In this document: positions 10,250-19,016 of the stretch, piece after piece
Layout of the letters: every line of letters begins with the position of its first letter
Numbering within the stretch: the stretch's first letter is position 1
DNA from: an uncultured Syntrophomonadaceae bacterium
GTDB taxonomy: Bacteria > Bacillota > Dethiobacteria > DTU022
Assembly (NCBI GenBank): GCA_964458455.1
Contig: CAYWIY010000001.1
Location: 2,303 to 66,302 of the forward strand
Length of the DNA stretch: 64,000 nt
Reading direction: 5' to 3'
Notes under the pieces: generated by a model
Database searches by the model: none
What the model was told of the DNA's origin: nothing
What the model saw: only the letters and a program-made list of their open reading frames with translations
Translations under genes and position numbers: made by a program

Positions 10250-11212
10250 TTAAGTTTTCAGCTTTTCCCGCATCGGCTTCATGTAACTGCTCGAAAGGTT
10301 GTAGCTGTCCCGCAGCCTGTTGACGATCTCATAGAGGCTGTTTTTGTAGGTTTTGTCCGCCCCGCCCTTTTTGTAAAGCGCCCTGTACTGCCCGGTAAGT
10401 TCGGGAAAGTGACTTTCCAGGAAATTAAAATAATAGGGCCTGGTTTTACCTCTTAGATAGAGGACACCGGGCAGGACGTAGTGGACAGCACCGTCCGCAG
10501 CAGCAGAAAACAGCCGGTCAAAGTTATCTTCGCCGTCGGTTAAAAAAGGGAGGATGGGCATGACATGCAGGCCAATCGAGGCATTGGTTTTCCTGAACTC
10601 CTTGAGCATAGCAAACCTCTTTGCGGAAGAAGCCGAGCCCGGCTCGATAACCGTTCGCAGGTTCTCGTCCATGGTGGTAATAGTCGAAGCCACGTTAATA
10701 TAGGTAATACGGGATAACCTGTCGATTAAATCGTAATCCCGCAGGATCAAATCGGACTTGGTGGAAATGATGGCCGGGGTTTTGTATTTGATCAGGAGCT
10801 TCAATATTTCGGGCATCAGGCGGTAGTGTTCTTCAGCCGGCTGGTAACTGTCGGTAACACCGCCGATATTGATCACTTCCCGCTTCCAGTTGCCTTCGCT
10901 TAGCTCCTTTTCCAGCAGTTCGGCAATATTTGTTTTTACATAGATATCAGAAAAGAAACCGCCTCCTGGCGCCGCTGAAACTGCCGCTTCCATCAAAGAT
11001 CGGGCCGGGGCTTTTGCCCTGGGCTGCTCAGCCTTTTCCGCTGCCGCCTCACAGTTTCTCTTAGAGCTGGAGCCAACATATTGATGGGAGTAAAGGGCGT
11101 AGCAGTAACGGCAGCCGTGGCTGCAGCCCCGGTAGATGTTCAGGTCCCAGGAATAGGGGATTTTTCGTTTCAACTTGTGCAGGGCGCTCGCAGCCTGGAT
11201 TTCTACCGCCAT
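10250..11212 (-). CDS. radical SAM protein, spore-photoproduct-lyase / DNA-repair-photolyase-like (COG1533-like)
   Basis: CxxxCxxC motif near the N-terminus (RGCSHGCRYCYA). 320 aa. Contains an Ala-rich low-complexity insert, EAAAEKAEQPRAKAPARSLMEAAVSAAPGGG. Confidence 0.55.
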   Translation of the reverse strand: MAVEIQAASALHKLKRKIPYSWDLNIYRGCSHGCRYCYALYSHQYVGSSSKRNCEAAAEKAEQPRAKAPARSLMEAAVSAAPGGGFFSDIYVKTNIAELLEKELSEGNWKREVINIGGVTDSYQPAEEHYRLMPEILKLLIKYKTPAIISTKSDLILRDYDLIDRLSRITYINVASTITTMDENLRTVIEPGSASSAKRFAMLKEFRKTNASIGLHVMPILPFLTDGEDNFDRLFSAAADGAVHYVLPGVLYLRGKTRPYYFNFLESHFPELTGQYRALYKKGGADKTYKNSLYEIVNRLRDSYNLSSSYMKPMREKLKT

Positions 11213-11408
11213 TTTATGCTTTTCCTCGCTTATTTAATTTTAATATCAACACAAACCCTGGTTGTTATGCTTGCTGTTCTGGCCGGCAGCCAGCATTTAT
11301 GTGCCCTATTTTGCACGACAGTGAATAACCCACCAGCCACGGGGGGCGGGATATAATTTCCACCCAGTTATTTTTAGCCCGGTAAATAAAAGCAGTAATC
11401 TATTCGCG

Positions 11409-11954
11409 TCACATGCTCCCCTGGATAAGGCCTTCCCGTCCGGAAAAAGTCCTTTCCTCAGCACCGCTGTAATGCCCGGTGCTGAAGCGCATTTGCACCT
11501 GCTTAAGGGCGGCCAGATCATGGAGGGGGTTGCCGCGCATGGCAATCAATTCAGGCTTAAGGCCGCACCTGATCGCCCCCATGTCACCGTCAAGGCCTAC
11601 AATTTGCGCATTAGCGGCAGTAGCAGCCCTCAGGATAAAGCGGTTTGAAAGCGCGCCCCTGGCATACATAGACATTTCTGCGGTCAGCCCGGCGCCGTGT
11701 TTGACTCCCGGCGCGCGCGCATCGCTGCCCGCTCCCAGGATAACCCCGCTGTGCAGGGCAAAACGCAGCTTTTCGATGTGTTCCTCACAAATCTTTTCAA
11801 GCAAACCGCTGCTCTGGCCAGATCCGTCCTTAAACAAGCTATTTGCTGCCCCGGCGGCCACAGGGGAGATGGTGGGCACCCAGGCCACCTGATTTTCTGC
11901 CATCAATTGCAGGGTATCTTTTTCAGCATAGTAGCCGTGCTCGATTGAATCCAC
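11409..11954 (-). pseudogene. C-terminal fragment of a metal-dependent amidohydrolase (COG1228-like); the N-terminal half is missing
   Basis: The 181-aa ORF begins at the mid-protein IEHG motif. It aligns by eye with the C-terminal halves of the intact amidohydrolases at 15380 and 16707 (…IEHG…KxGSGSDxxG…DGDP…). No upstream N-terminal coding sequence exists because the next gene starts at 12003. Confidence 0.5.
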
Positions 11955-12002
11955 CCCGGCCTGGTCAGCTCTTTTTACTGCCGCATCAGAACTGGCATAA
12001 CG

Positions 12003-12230
12003 TTAAGTTGCGGCCCTGTCCTCGCCACGTTCCACCAGCATGTAAATAGCCGCTCCGAAAAGTACGAAAGCCATCAGGATTATCCACCCCGTTTTAGAAA
12101 GGTATTTAACATTACTGCGCTGCATAATATCGATTATCGCAAAAGCGATCAATACCAGGTTCAGGATAAGAACGATGGCGATAATAAATAAAATATCCAA
12201 GGTTTTTTTGCCTCCCTGCGAGCCTTTCAT
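12003..12230 (-). CDS. small 2-TM membrane protein, PLD-nuclease N-terminal-domain-like
   Basis: 75 aa with two hydrophobic helices and a short basic loop. Resembles the PLDc_N small-protein family. This is weak similarity judged by eye. Confidence 0.4.
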   Translation of the reverse strand: MKGSQGGKKTLDILFIIAIVLILNLVLIAFAIIDIMQRSNVKYLSKTGWIILMAFVLFGAAIYMLVERGEDRAAT

Positions 12231-12240
12231 TTCTAGCGGT

Positions 12241-13461
12241 TTAGCGCCGTTCTGAAAGGCTGATCAGCAGTTCATAAACGGTGCGGGCAACCTCAACTAC
12301 CTGATCATAATCGATTATTTCCGGTTTGTCATCAGGTGTATGAGCAATATCAAGCAAATCTTGCATGGCCGTCGAGGTAATGGCCAGTGCAGGGCGGCTG
12401 TTGTACAAAAACAGGCCGTGATCTCCCTGGTACCAGGGCTCTCCTTCGACAACACTGCTGCTATCAAAAACCTTCCGGGCAGCCGCTGAAACTTCCTCCG
12501 GGCAGTCATAGCAGGAGTAGGCGGCAGAACCGCCCCGGTAACCGGCCCCGTCAATGTTGATGCCCAGGACGATTTGATCAAACCGGTCCAGATTTTCTTC
12601 CAGGTAGAGCATTTCACCAGGGTTTGAATAATAGTCTTCACCGTTTAGGGCCGTCAGCTCCACCATCATCCGGCCGTTGTAACCGGCCAGCATTTCTGCA
12701 AGCAAGAGCAGCACAGCTGTGCCGGTGGCATTGTCAATCGCCCCGGGAGTGCCCTGCTTGCTGTCTATATGGGCTATGATTGCAACCCTTTCAGCTTGAT
12801 TTTCACCCCTGCGGCCGATGACATTATATCCTTTCGAGGGCTTTCTTTGCGTATCGATTTTCAAAAAGACTTCTTGCCCCTGGCTTACAGCAAGGAGCCT
12901 TTCTCCTTCGCTGTCGGTCATGTAGGCCCCGGGCAGGTTAAAGTCCCCGTCTTCGATTAAAGGAAAAGGATAGACACCCCCGGCTGTTTCCGGGTTACGT
13001 GAAGTGGCGGCAAGGACTGCTATAAAGCCTCTATTTTCAAGGAGTTCATTAATCCTGCGATGTTCATCAGGATTGTAAAAGGTAAAGTTTTTGGGCATCA
13101 GCTGTTCGGCTGCGATTTGCCCGTGCAGAAAAGCAATATTTCCTTTCGCTACTACCTGTTCCAGCTCTTCAATCGTGGCAGCAGCGCTCAAAGGGGCCTT
13201 GATTTCTCCGCCCAGGGTATAAGGATTGCTGAACACCTGGAAACTTTCATTTCCCACAACTACTTCAGAACCCCGGTCTTCCCAGTCGAAACAATCAAAG
13301 CCCGGTGTTTCAACCTGGAACCCAAACTCCCGCATAACCCCGGCGGCATAATCCGTCGCCTTCTTATTTCCCGGGCTGCCCACACAGCGTTCACCAATCT
13401 CCAGGCACAATTTACTGATATGGCGTTCAGTTCCTTTACTGTAGCGCAATTTGCCCATCAT
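12241..13461 (-). CDS. M28-family Zn peptidase (aminopeptidase-like), cytoplasmic
   Basis: M28 metal-ligand motifs are present (…AIIAHIDSKQG…, …DNATGTAVLLLLAE…, NGEDYYS). Preferred start is ATGATG at 13461, with RBS AGGGGAGGA 5 nt upstream. A plausible extended -10 (TGGTATAAT) lies further upstream. Confidence 0.8.
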   Translation of the reverse strand: MMGKLRYSKGTERHISKLCLEIGERCVGSPGNKKATDYAAGVMREFGFQVETPGFDCFDWEDRGSEVVVGNESFQVFSNPYTLGGEIKAPLSAAATIEELEQVVAKGNIAFLHGQIAAEQLMPKNFTFYNPDEHRRINELLENRGFIAVLAATSRNPETAGGVYPFPLIEDGDFNLPGAYMTDSEGERLLAVSQGQEVFLKIDTQRKPSKGYNVIGRRGENQAERVAIIAHIDSKQGTPGAIDNATGTAVLLLLAEMLAGYNGRMMVELTALNGEDYYSNPGEMLYLEENLDRFDQIVLGINIDGAGYRGGSAAYSCYDCPEEVSAAARKVFDSSSVVEGEPWYQGDHGLFLYNSRPALAITSTAMQDLLDIAHTPDDKPEIIDYDQVVEVARTVYELLISLSERR

Positions 13462-13532
13462 TATTCCTCCCCTATTATTCTCAACATCACAGAGCAACGA
13501 TATTATACCATAAGAATAAATGATCAGCGCAT

Positions 13533-13557
13533 TGATGCATTGTGCATTATTGCATCA
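13533..13557. promoter_or_regulatory. inverted repeat TGATGCA-N11-TGCATCA in the divergent M28/symporter intergenic region
   Basis: Perfect 7-bp arms, seen directly in the sequence. They are embedded in 8-nt periodic GCATTG repeats and sit about 215 bp upstream of the candidate sigma-54 promoter. Confidence 0.3.
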
Positions 13558-13577
13558 CTAAAATTGACATCCAATCA

Positions 13578-13609
13578 TTATTATGTTAATATTCATCTTA
13601 ACATAATAA
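13578..13609. promoter_or_regulatory. 12-bp perfect inverted repeat TTATTATGTTAA-N8-TTAACATAATAA
   Basis: Seen directly in the sequence. It lies about 165 bp upstream of the candidate sigma-54 promoter. This is a candidate enhancer-binding-protein or repressor site. Confidence 0.3.
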
Positions 13610-13761
13610 AGCCTTTTCAAACCGTAGGGTCTTTCACAATTACAACCTCCATATTGCTTTTAAATTTTATGATTTCTTTATTATAAAGTGGATTAGGTTC
13701 TAGCCGATTTCAATATAGCCTATCATTCCACTAAGGGGGCGATAAGAATGCTCTAATTTAA

Positions 13762-13779
13762 CCCGGCACGAGATTTGCA
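13762..13779 (+). promoter_or_regulatory. candidate sigma-54 (-24/-12) promoter for the symporter gene
   Basis: cCGGCACGagatTTGCAac matches the TGGCACG-N4-TTGCW consensus at 11 of 12 positions. The predicted TSS is about 30 nt upstream of the ATG at 13819. rpoN is encoded in this window. Confidence 0.5.
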
Positions 13780-13818
13780 ACCTCAATCTAATTAATGAAT
13801 ATGAAAGGATGAGACATC

Positions 13819-15237
13819 ATGGAATTTACACCAAGTCCAAGTTTACTGTATTTTGTTATTGCTTATGCTATTATTGTAGCAATTATTGGTTATGTTTGGT
13901 CTAGAAAAATTGTTACCACCGATGATTTTATGCTGGCAGGCAGATCGTTAGGGCCTATCATCCTGATGGGGACCTTGCTGGCAACCTGGATGGGTAGCGG
14001 AACAGTTACCGGTGGACCGAATTCAATGGCTTACAGCCACGGTTACTGGGTAGCAGTACTATATGCTACACCGGTGCTAATTGGTATTGCCGTTTTATAT
14101 TTCCTTTCCAACCGGGTCAGGTTACTTTCCAAGTACACCATACCCCAGATCCTTGAAATAAAGTACGGTCCTGTGGCAAGAGTGGTGGCTGTAATAATTA
14201 TCGTTCTTGCTTACCTGGGTATAGTTTCTTACCAATTCCAGGGTGTTGCCCTGGTCTTAAATGCGGCCACCGGGCTTGATATGGCCGCAGGGATTTGGAT
14301 TGCTCTTATACTTATGACATTTCTTGCCATGATCGGCGGTTTAATGTCAATCGCTCCTTCAGACGCCTTGAGTGCTTTTTTAATGGTAATTGGCCTCATC
14401 ATTGCAACACCGGTCATGATTGGCATTGCCGGGGGCTGGGACAACGTTGTAGCCAATGTTCCCGCCCAGCATTTCGAGCTTACTGGAAATATTGATTTTA
14501 TAACTGTTCTGGGATTATACTTTCCGATTCTATTCCTGGTCATGGGTGACCAAAACATGTGGCAGCGCATGACTGCTGCCAAAGAAGAAAAAGCAGGCAG
14601 AGGCGGTGTTATAGGCTGGTTCATAGGGGTTGCTGTTGCCATGCCCCTGGTAGGGACAATAGCTCTTTGCAGCAGGGCCATGTTCCCTGAAATCCCCCCC
14701 GGACAGGCTTTAATTGCCGCCACTACTGTTATGCCGGTATTTGTTGGTGGGGTTTTGTTAGCCGCAGCAACTGCATTTATTTTTACAACCGGTAATTCAT
14801 TCTTGCTGTCGGCATCTTCCAACTTAACTTATGATGTTTACGGACGTATTTTTAACAAGAACGCCACTTCCAAGCAGAACCTCATTTTTACCAGGCTCGC
14901 AATTCCCATTATGGCTCTTATCGCCTTTGTGTTAATCCAGTTTTTCCCCACCATCCTGGCCGTACAAATGTATTCTTACACTGTTTACGGTGCAGGTATC
15001 ACACCGGCCCTACTGGGTGCTGTCTTATGGAAAGGTGTTACTAAGGCCGGGGGTCTATCTTCGATGATAGCCGGTACTGTAGTTACTATTTTTTGGGAAA
15101 CAATGGATCAACCGTTTGACCTGGAGGCAGTTATTGTATCCGCACCAGTCGCTATTGTTGTCTTGATCGTAGTCTCTTTACTGACACCGGGGACAAGAAC
15201 CTCTATTGAAGAAGATGCAAGTATTAAAAGCGAATAA
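13819..15237 (+). CDS. sodium:solute symporter (SSS family) transporter
   Basis: 472 aa. The N-terminus (…DDFMLAGRSLGPIILMGTLLATWMGSGTVTGGPN…) is typical of SSS/PutP-like permeases. 13 predicted TM helices. RBS AAAGGA upstream. Confidence 0.85.
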   Translation: MEFTPSPSLLYFVIAYAIIVAIIGYVWSRKIVTTDDFMLAGRSLGPIILMGTLLATWMGSGTVTGGPNSMAYSHGYWVAVLYATPVLIGIAVLYFLSNRVRLLSKYTIPQILEIKYGPVARVVAVIIIVLAYLGIVSYQFQGVALVLNAATGLDMAAGIWIALILMTFLAMIGGLMSIAPSDALSAFLMVIGLIIATPVMIGIAGGWDNVVANVPAQHFELTGNIDFITVLGLYFPILFLVMGDQNMWQRMTAAKEEKAGRGGVIGWFIGVAVAMPLVGTIALCSRAMFPEIPPGQALIAATTVMPVFVGGVLLAAATAFIFTTGNSFLLSASSNLTYDVYGRIFNKNATSKQNLIFTRLAIPIMALIAFVLIQFFPTILAVQMYSYTVYGAGITPALLGAVLWKGVTKAGGLSSMIAGTVVTIFWETMDQPFDLEAVIVSAPVAIVVLIVVSLLTPGTRTSIEEDASIKSE

Positions 15238-15257
15238 TTAAACACGTTAGATTAATA

Positions 15258-15303
15258 ATTACAGGCCCTTCCCATTGGATAGGGCCTGTAATTAAATATT
15301 TTC
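15258..15303 (+). terminator. Rho-independent terminator after the symporter gene
   Basis: AATTACAGGCCC-loop-GGGCCTGTAATT stem followed by AAATATTTT. Confidence 0.55.
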
Positions 15304-15379
15304 CAGGATCTTAAAATGAATATTTATGATTTAACTTTTGCTGGATCTTACAGCATCTTACTAGTTAGGAGGAAAAATT

Positions 15380-16603
15380 TTGAGTTTACAACTATTTAAA
15401 AATGCCACCCTTTTTGATTGCACAGGAAATGATCCTGTTTACCCGGGTTGGGTGGTTGTAGAAAACGATCTTATTAAGGAAACCGGCAGCGGGCCGGAAC
15501 CAAAGTTGAGCGGCGCTGAAGTGATAGACTGCAACGGAAAAACTCTCATGCCGGGGTTAATTGATGCTCATATCCACGCCTCCCTTTATGCTAACGACAT
15601 TTCAGAATTACACCGTAAATACCTGCCTTCCATGGGCTGCTTTAAAGCGGCAAAAATCCTGGAAGATACTCTCGACCAGGGTTATACTACTGTAAGAGAC
15701 GCAGGTGGAGCCGATGCAGGTTTCAGGGATGCACAGGTACAGGGATTAATAAAAGGCCCCAGGATGCAAGTTTGTGGCCGGGTCCTCTCAATGACCGGGG
15801 GGCACGCCGATGCCCGTCTTCCCACTGAGGTTGCCCCTCCTATTGAAACGGGAATGCTTGGAGTAATTGCCGACGGGGTGGAAGAAGTACGCAGGGCTGC
15901 CCGGGAACAACTCAGGCAAGGAGCAGATTACATTAAAATTATGGCCGGTGGTGGATGCGCAAGCCCGGCAGATGAGCCCGATACTGTCCAATATTCTCCT
16001 GAGGAAATATCGGCAATAGTGTATGAAGCAGAGGCAGCCGGCAAGAAAGTGCTTTCCCATAATTATTCAACCCGCAGTATGCAGTTATGTGCAGAATCCG
16101 GTGTCTACAGCATTGAGCACGGCAATTACCTGGATAATGAAACTGCTGCTGTTCTGAAAAAACACGGGTGCTGGCTGGTTCCGACCATGGCCACATATGA
16201 AATAATGGCCACCCGCGGTGAAGAATTTGGAATACCACCCTACTTCCTGCGTAAAATGAGAGAAGTCCAGCAACATTCAGAGCAGGCCCTTTCCATCGCA
16301 TTCAAAGAAGGTGTTAAAATCGGTTCCGGTTCAGACATGGTCGGTTCGGGACAGCCATTTAAGGCCCTTGAAATTGAATTAAAAGCCCGGGTAATGGGCT
16401 CGATGAAAGCGCTGCTATGCACAACCAGGGACAATGCCGAATTAATGGGCCTGTCCGACAGGGTCGGCACTATTGAACCCGGGAAATATGCCGATTTAAT
16501 CATTGTTGATGGCGATCCCCTGGAAGATGTCCGCATTCTACAAAATCGAGACAATATCAAGGCTATCGTCCAGGGTGGCTGTTTCATAAAGAACATATTA
16601 TAA
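15380..16603 (+). CDS. metal-dependent amidohydrolase (COG1228 / imidazolonepropionase-related family)
   Basis: HxH motif (LIDAHIHAS), …HNYS…, …IEHG… and DGDP near the C-terminus. TTG start with RBS AGGAGG 8 nt upstream. Confidence 0.85.
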   Translation: MSLQLFKNATLFDCTGNDPVYPGWVVVENDLIKETGSGPEPKLSGAEVIDCNGKTLMPGLIDAHIHASLYANDISELHRKYLPSMGCFKAAKILEDTLDQGYTTVRDAGGADAGFRDAQVQGLIKGPRMQVCGRVLSMTGGHADARLPTEVAPPIETGMLGVIADGVEEVRRAAREQLRQGADYIKIMAGGGCASPADEPDTVQYSPEEISAIVYEAEAAGKKVLSHNYSTRSMQLCAESGVYSIEHGNYLDNETAAVLKKHGCWLVPTMATYEIMATRGEEFGIPPYFLRKMREVQQHSEQALSIAFKEGVKIGSGSDMVGSGQPFKALEIELKARVMGSMKALLCTTRDNAELMGLSDRVGTIEPGKYADLIIVDGDPLEDVRILQNRDNIKAIVQGGCFIKNIL

Positions 16604-16608
16604 ATTAC

Positions 16609-16648
16609 AAGGACGAGACGGTAGCTACATTAAGTCTCGTCCTTTTTA
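16609..16648 (+). terminator. Rho-independent terminator between the two amidohydrolase genes
   Basis: AAGGACGAGAC-loop-GTCTCGTCCTT followed by TTTT. Confidence 0.55.
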
Positions 16649-16706
16649 TATCTTCTTATCCCTGAATCAATCAGGATCAGCAAAATATTTCTATAATGGG
16701 GTATAT

Positions 16707-17897
16707 TTGATGGAAACTCTTCTCACAGGAATAAATGTTGTAGATGTAAGAAACGGCTCTATCGAAAACAACACCAATCTACTAATTAAGGACCATTACA
16801 TCGCCGAATACATAAAGGATAAAAATGACTACCTGGCCAACAACCAGCAAACTAAGGTATTGGACTGCAAAGGTTGTTACGCCATCCCTGGATTGATAGA
16901 CCTGCATGTTCATCTAATGTGGAGCGGGGGGACAGATCCCCAGGAAACTGTTGAAAAAGAAGGTCTACAAACAACAATTTTAAGGGCGGCACAAAATGCT
17001 TACAAGAATTTATCCTCAGGAATTACCACAGTGAGAGACCTGGGCTCTCACGCGAATGCTGCTATAGCGATTAATAAAGCGATTGAAAACGGTTACATAA
17101 GCGGCAGCAGGGTAGTTCCAGCCGGCATGAGCGTCATCATGACCGGTGGACATGACCCTTTTTGGGGCAATGAAGCAGATGGGGTTGATGAGGTAATCAA
17201 AGCGGTGCGGAAACAAGTTTTAGCAGGGGCAAAAGTAATTAAGGTATCAGCAACCGGCGGAGTTTACGGCCGAGCCGAAGGTGAGGAGGTGGAAAATACT
17301 GAGCTTACTTTTGAAGAACTTAAGGCAATAGTACAGGAAAGCCACCGCCTTGGCCTAAAAGTGGCAGCTCATTCTATTTCCTGGCTGGGTATAAAAAATT
17401 GTGTAGAAGCAAAAGTAGACAGCATTGAACACGGCCATTTTTTAACAGAGGAATTATGCGATCAAATGTCTGATAGTGGTTTGGCTTTGGTCCCCACCCT
17501 TTACATTTATAAAAAAATAGCTGAAGGAGTCAACGTTCCTGCTTATGCCACAGAAAAAGCTAAAACTATAACCAGTAAACATAAACAAGCATTTAACCAT
17601 GCTTTAAACAAAAATGTCCTGCTCGGTTCAGGATCCGATGCCGGATCGCCGAATCTTCCCCACCCAGCCCTTGTAGATGAACTTGAGTGCATGGTTGAAA
17701 GTGGAGCCTCAGAGCTCAAGACATTGCAAGCATCCACTGTAGATTCCGCCAGAATTCTTGGTTACGATGACATCCTGGGCCTTGTTGAAAAAGGTAAGCT
17801 TGCTGACTTGCTGATAACAACCGACAATCCCCTGGATGATATCTCTAACTTGCGAAAAATCAAGTATGTGTTTAAGGAAGGCCAATTGATCAGTTAA
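16707..17897 (+). CDS. metal-dependent amidohydrolase, paralogue of the 15380 gene
   Basis: Same motif set (LIDLHVHLMWSG, …AAHS…, IEHGHF, SGSDAG). The true start is probably the ATG at 16710. Confidence 0.85.
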   Translation: MMETLLTGINVVDVRNGSIENNTNLLIKDHYIAEYIKDKNDYLANNQQTKVLDCKGCYAIPGLIDLHVHLMWSGGTDPQETVEKEGLQTTILRAAQNAYKNLSSGITTVRDLGSHANAAIAINKAIENGYISGSRVVPAGMSVIMTGGHDPFWGNEADGVDEVIKAVRKQVLAGAKVIKVSATGGVYGRAEGEEVENTELTFEELKAIVQESHRLGLKVAAHSISWLGIKNCVEAKVDSIEHGHFLTEELCDQMSDSGLALVPTLYIYKKIAEGVNVPAYATEKAKTITSKHKQAFNHALNKNVLLGSGSDAGSPNLPHPALVDELECMVESGASELKTLQASTVDSARILGYDDILGLVEKGKLADLLITTDNPLDDISNLRKIKYVFKEGQLIS

Positions 17898-17989
17898 AGG
17901 TCTGAAAAATCTACTTTCCTGGCTATCATATAGAAAGGGTTTTTGTAGTTTCCTTGCAGTTAAAGGAACCAAAAACCCTTTAAATATAG

Positions 17990-18064
17990 TGGTGGGGACG
18001 GAGGGTTTTGAACCCACGGCCTCTTGAATGTGAATCAAGCGCTCTCCCCCTGAGCTACGTCCCC
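17990..18064 (-). tRNA. tRNA-Val (anticodon CAC), CCA encoded
   Basis: Minus-strand sequence GGGGACGTAGCTCAGGGGGAGAGCGCTTGATTCACATTCAAGAGGCCGTGGGTTCAAAACCCTCCGTCCCCACCA. It has a 7-bp acceptor stem, D and T arms, and an anticodon loop TTCACAT. Confidence 0.9.
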
Positions 18065-18179
18065 GTATGTTCTTCTATTCATCTATAATTCCATAATATT
18101 GCTACAAGCATTATAGCATACATTTTTTATAGGTGAAAACAATTGGATAGATGACTTTTTTGAGCATGGCTGAGACAAA

Positions 18180-19016
18180 TTAATAAACAACATCCTGCAC
18201 TATATCATTTCCCCGTTGAGAAAGGCCGTAGCTTTCCAGCTCTTTTTTAATTAGAGCCGGGTCTCCGTAGCCACCTCCAATGCCGTTCAGCCTGGCGGCA
18301 ACGGTTGAGTCGACCAGGCCTTCAATATCAGGGTAATAGGCCTTTATTTCAATCGCCAGTTCTTCTACGTTCTGCAGATAATATTTCTGGTGGTAATCTT
18401 CAGCCAGGTAGAATTTATCCAGGGGCTGAACCTCAGTGTGGATTTTTGTACCCAACTGTCGCTCCACTGCTTCTTTACTTTGCCTGGCTGCATCTTCCTG
18501 ACCTTCATTGTGAAAAAGTATTATGGCCATATACTGCCTGGACCAGCTCCTGGAAGCAGGGTTGTGGTTGGCCCAAAATATTTCCAGGATCTCTTCATAG
18601 GAGAGCTTATCAGGATCATAATCGATTTGAAAAACTTCTGTGTGGTCGCCAAGACGATGATAAGTAGGATTATCGAGGATCCCGCCCGCATAACCAACAC
18701 GGGTCCTGTATACGCCTTCTAACTGCCCGAACCGGGCATCCGGACCCCAAAATCAGCCCAGGCCTAAAGTTGCCGTCTCCAGCTTCAGGGGAACCTGGAG
18801 GTCCAGCGGCGGTTTTGAGTCATTCAAAAAAGCCTTTTCCTGTTCCATATCATAATTATCCTTTCCATATTCAGATTGGTAGCCAGCTTTGTTGTCATTT
18901 CTATTTATAATTGATATACTCTCGTTTTCGTTATACACGATAATCAAAAACAACACAATCATAACTAAAGCTAGAAAAGGCAGCACACGGTAAATTAGAA
19001 TTGTTTTTGGAAACAT
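18180..19016 (-). CDS. msrA: peptide methionine sulfoxide reductase MsrA with an in-frame TGA at the catalytic Cys position (candidate selenocysteine) and an N-terminal signal anchor
   Basis: ORFs 18753..19043 and 18180..18530 are in the same frame, separated only by TGA at 18750..18752. The read-through protein is …LKLETATLGLG-U-FWGPDARFGQLEGVYRTRVGYAGG…AEDYHQKYYLQN…, which is the MsrA GCFWG active-site motif with TGA replacing TGC. Best start is ATG at 19016 (RBS GGAAAGGA 6 nt upstream), giving an N-terminal TM helix ILIYRVLPFLALVMIVLFLIIVY. Confidence 0.65.

Noticed and set aside
14229-14822. 197-aa minus-strand ORF
   Set aside because: It is antisense within the SSS transporter gene and has no start context.
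15330-15360. TGCTGG-N7-CAGCA upstream of the first amidohydrolase, considered as a second sigma-54 promoter
   Set aside because: GG to GC spacing is 8 nt rather than 10, so it does not fit the -24/-12 geometry. It is more likely a small operator-like inverted repeat or chance.
18390-18722. 110-aa plus-strand ORF
   Set aside because: It is antisense to msrA. The minus-strand MsrA frame, including the TGA, explains the region.
18750-18752. the possibility that the msrA TGA is simply a nonsense mutation or sequencing error (pseudogene)
   Set aside because: Not fully rejected, but judged less likely. The TGA sits exactly at the catalytic Cys codon, the frame is otherwise intact on both sides, and a hairpin follows at SECIS distance. 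It still needs read-level and sel-gene confirmation.
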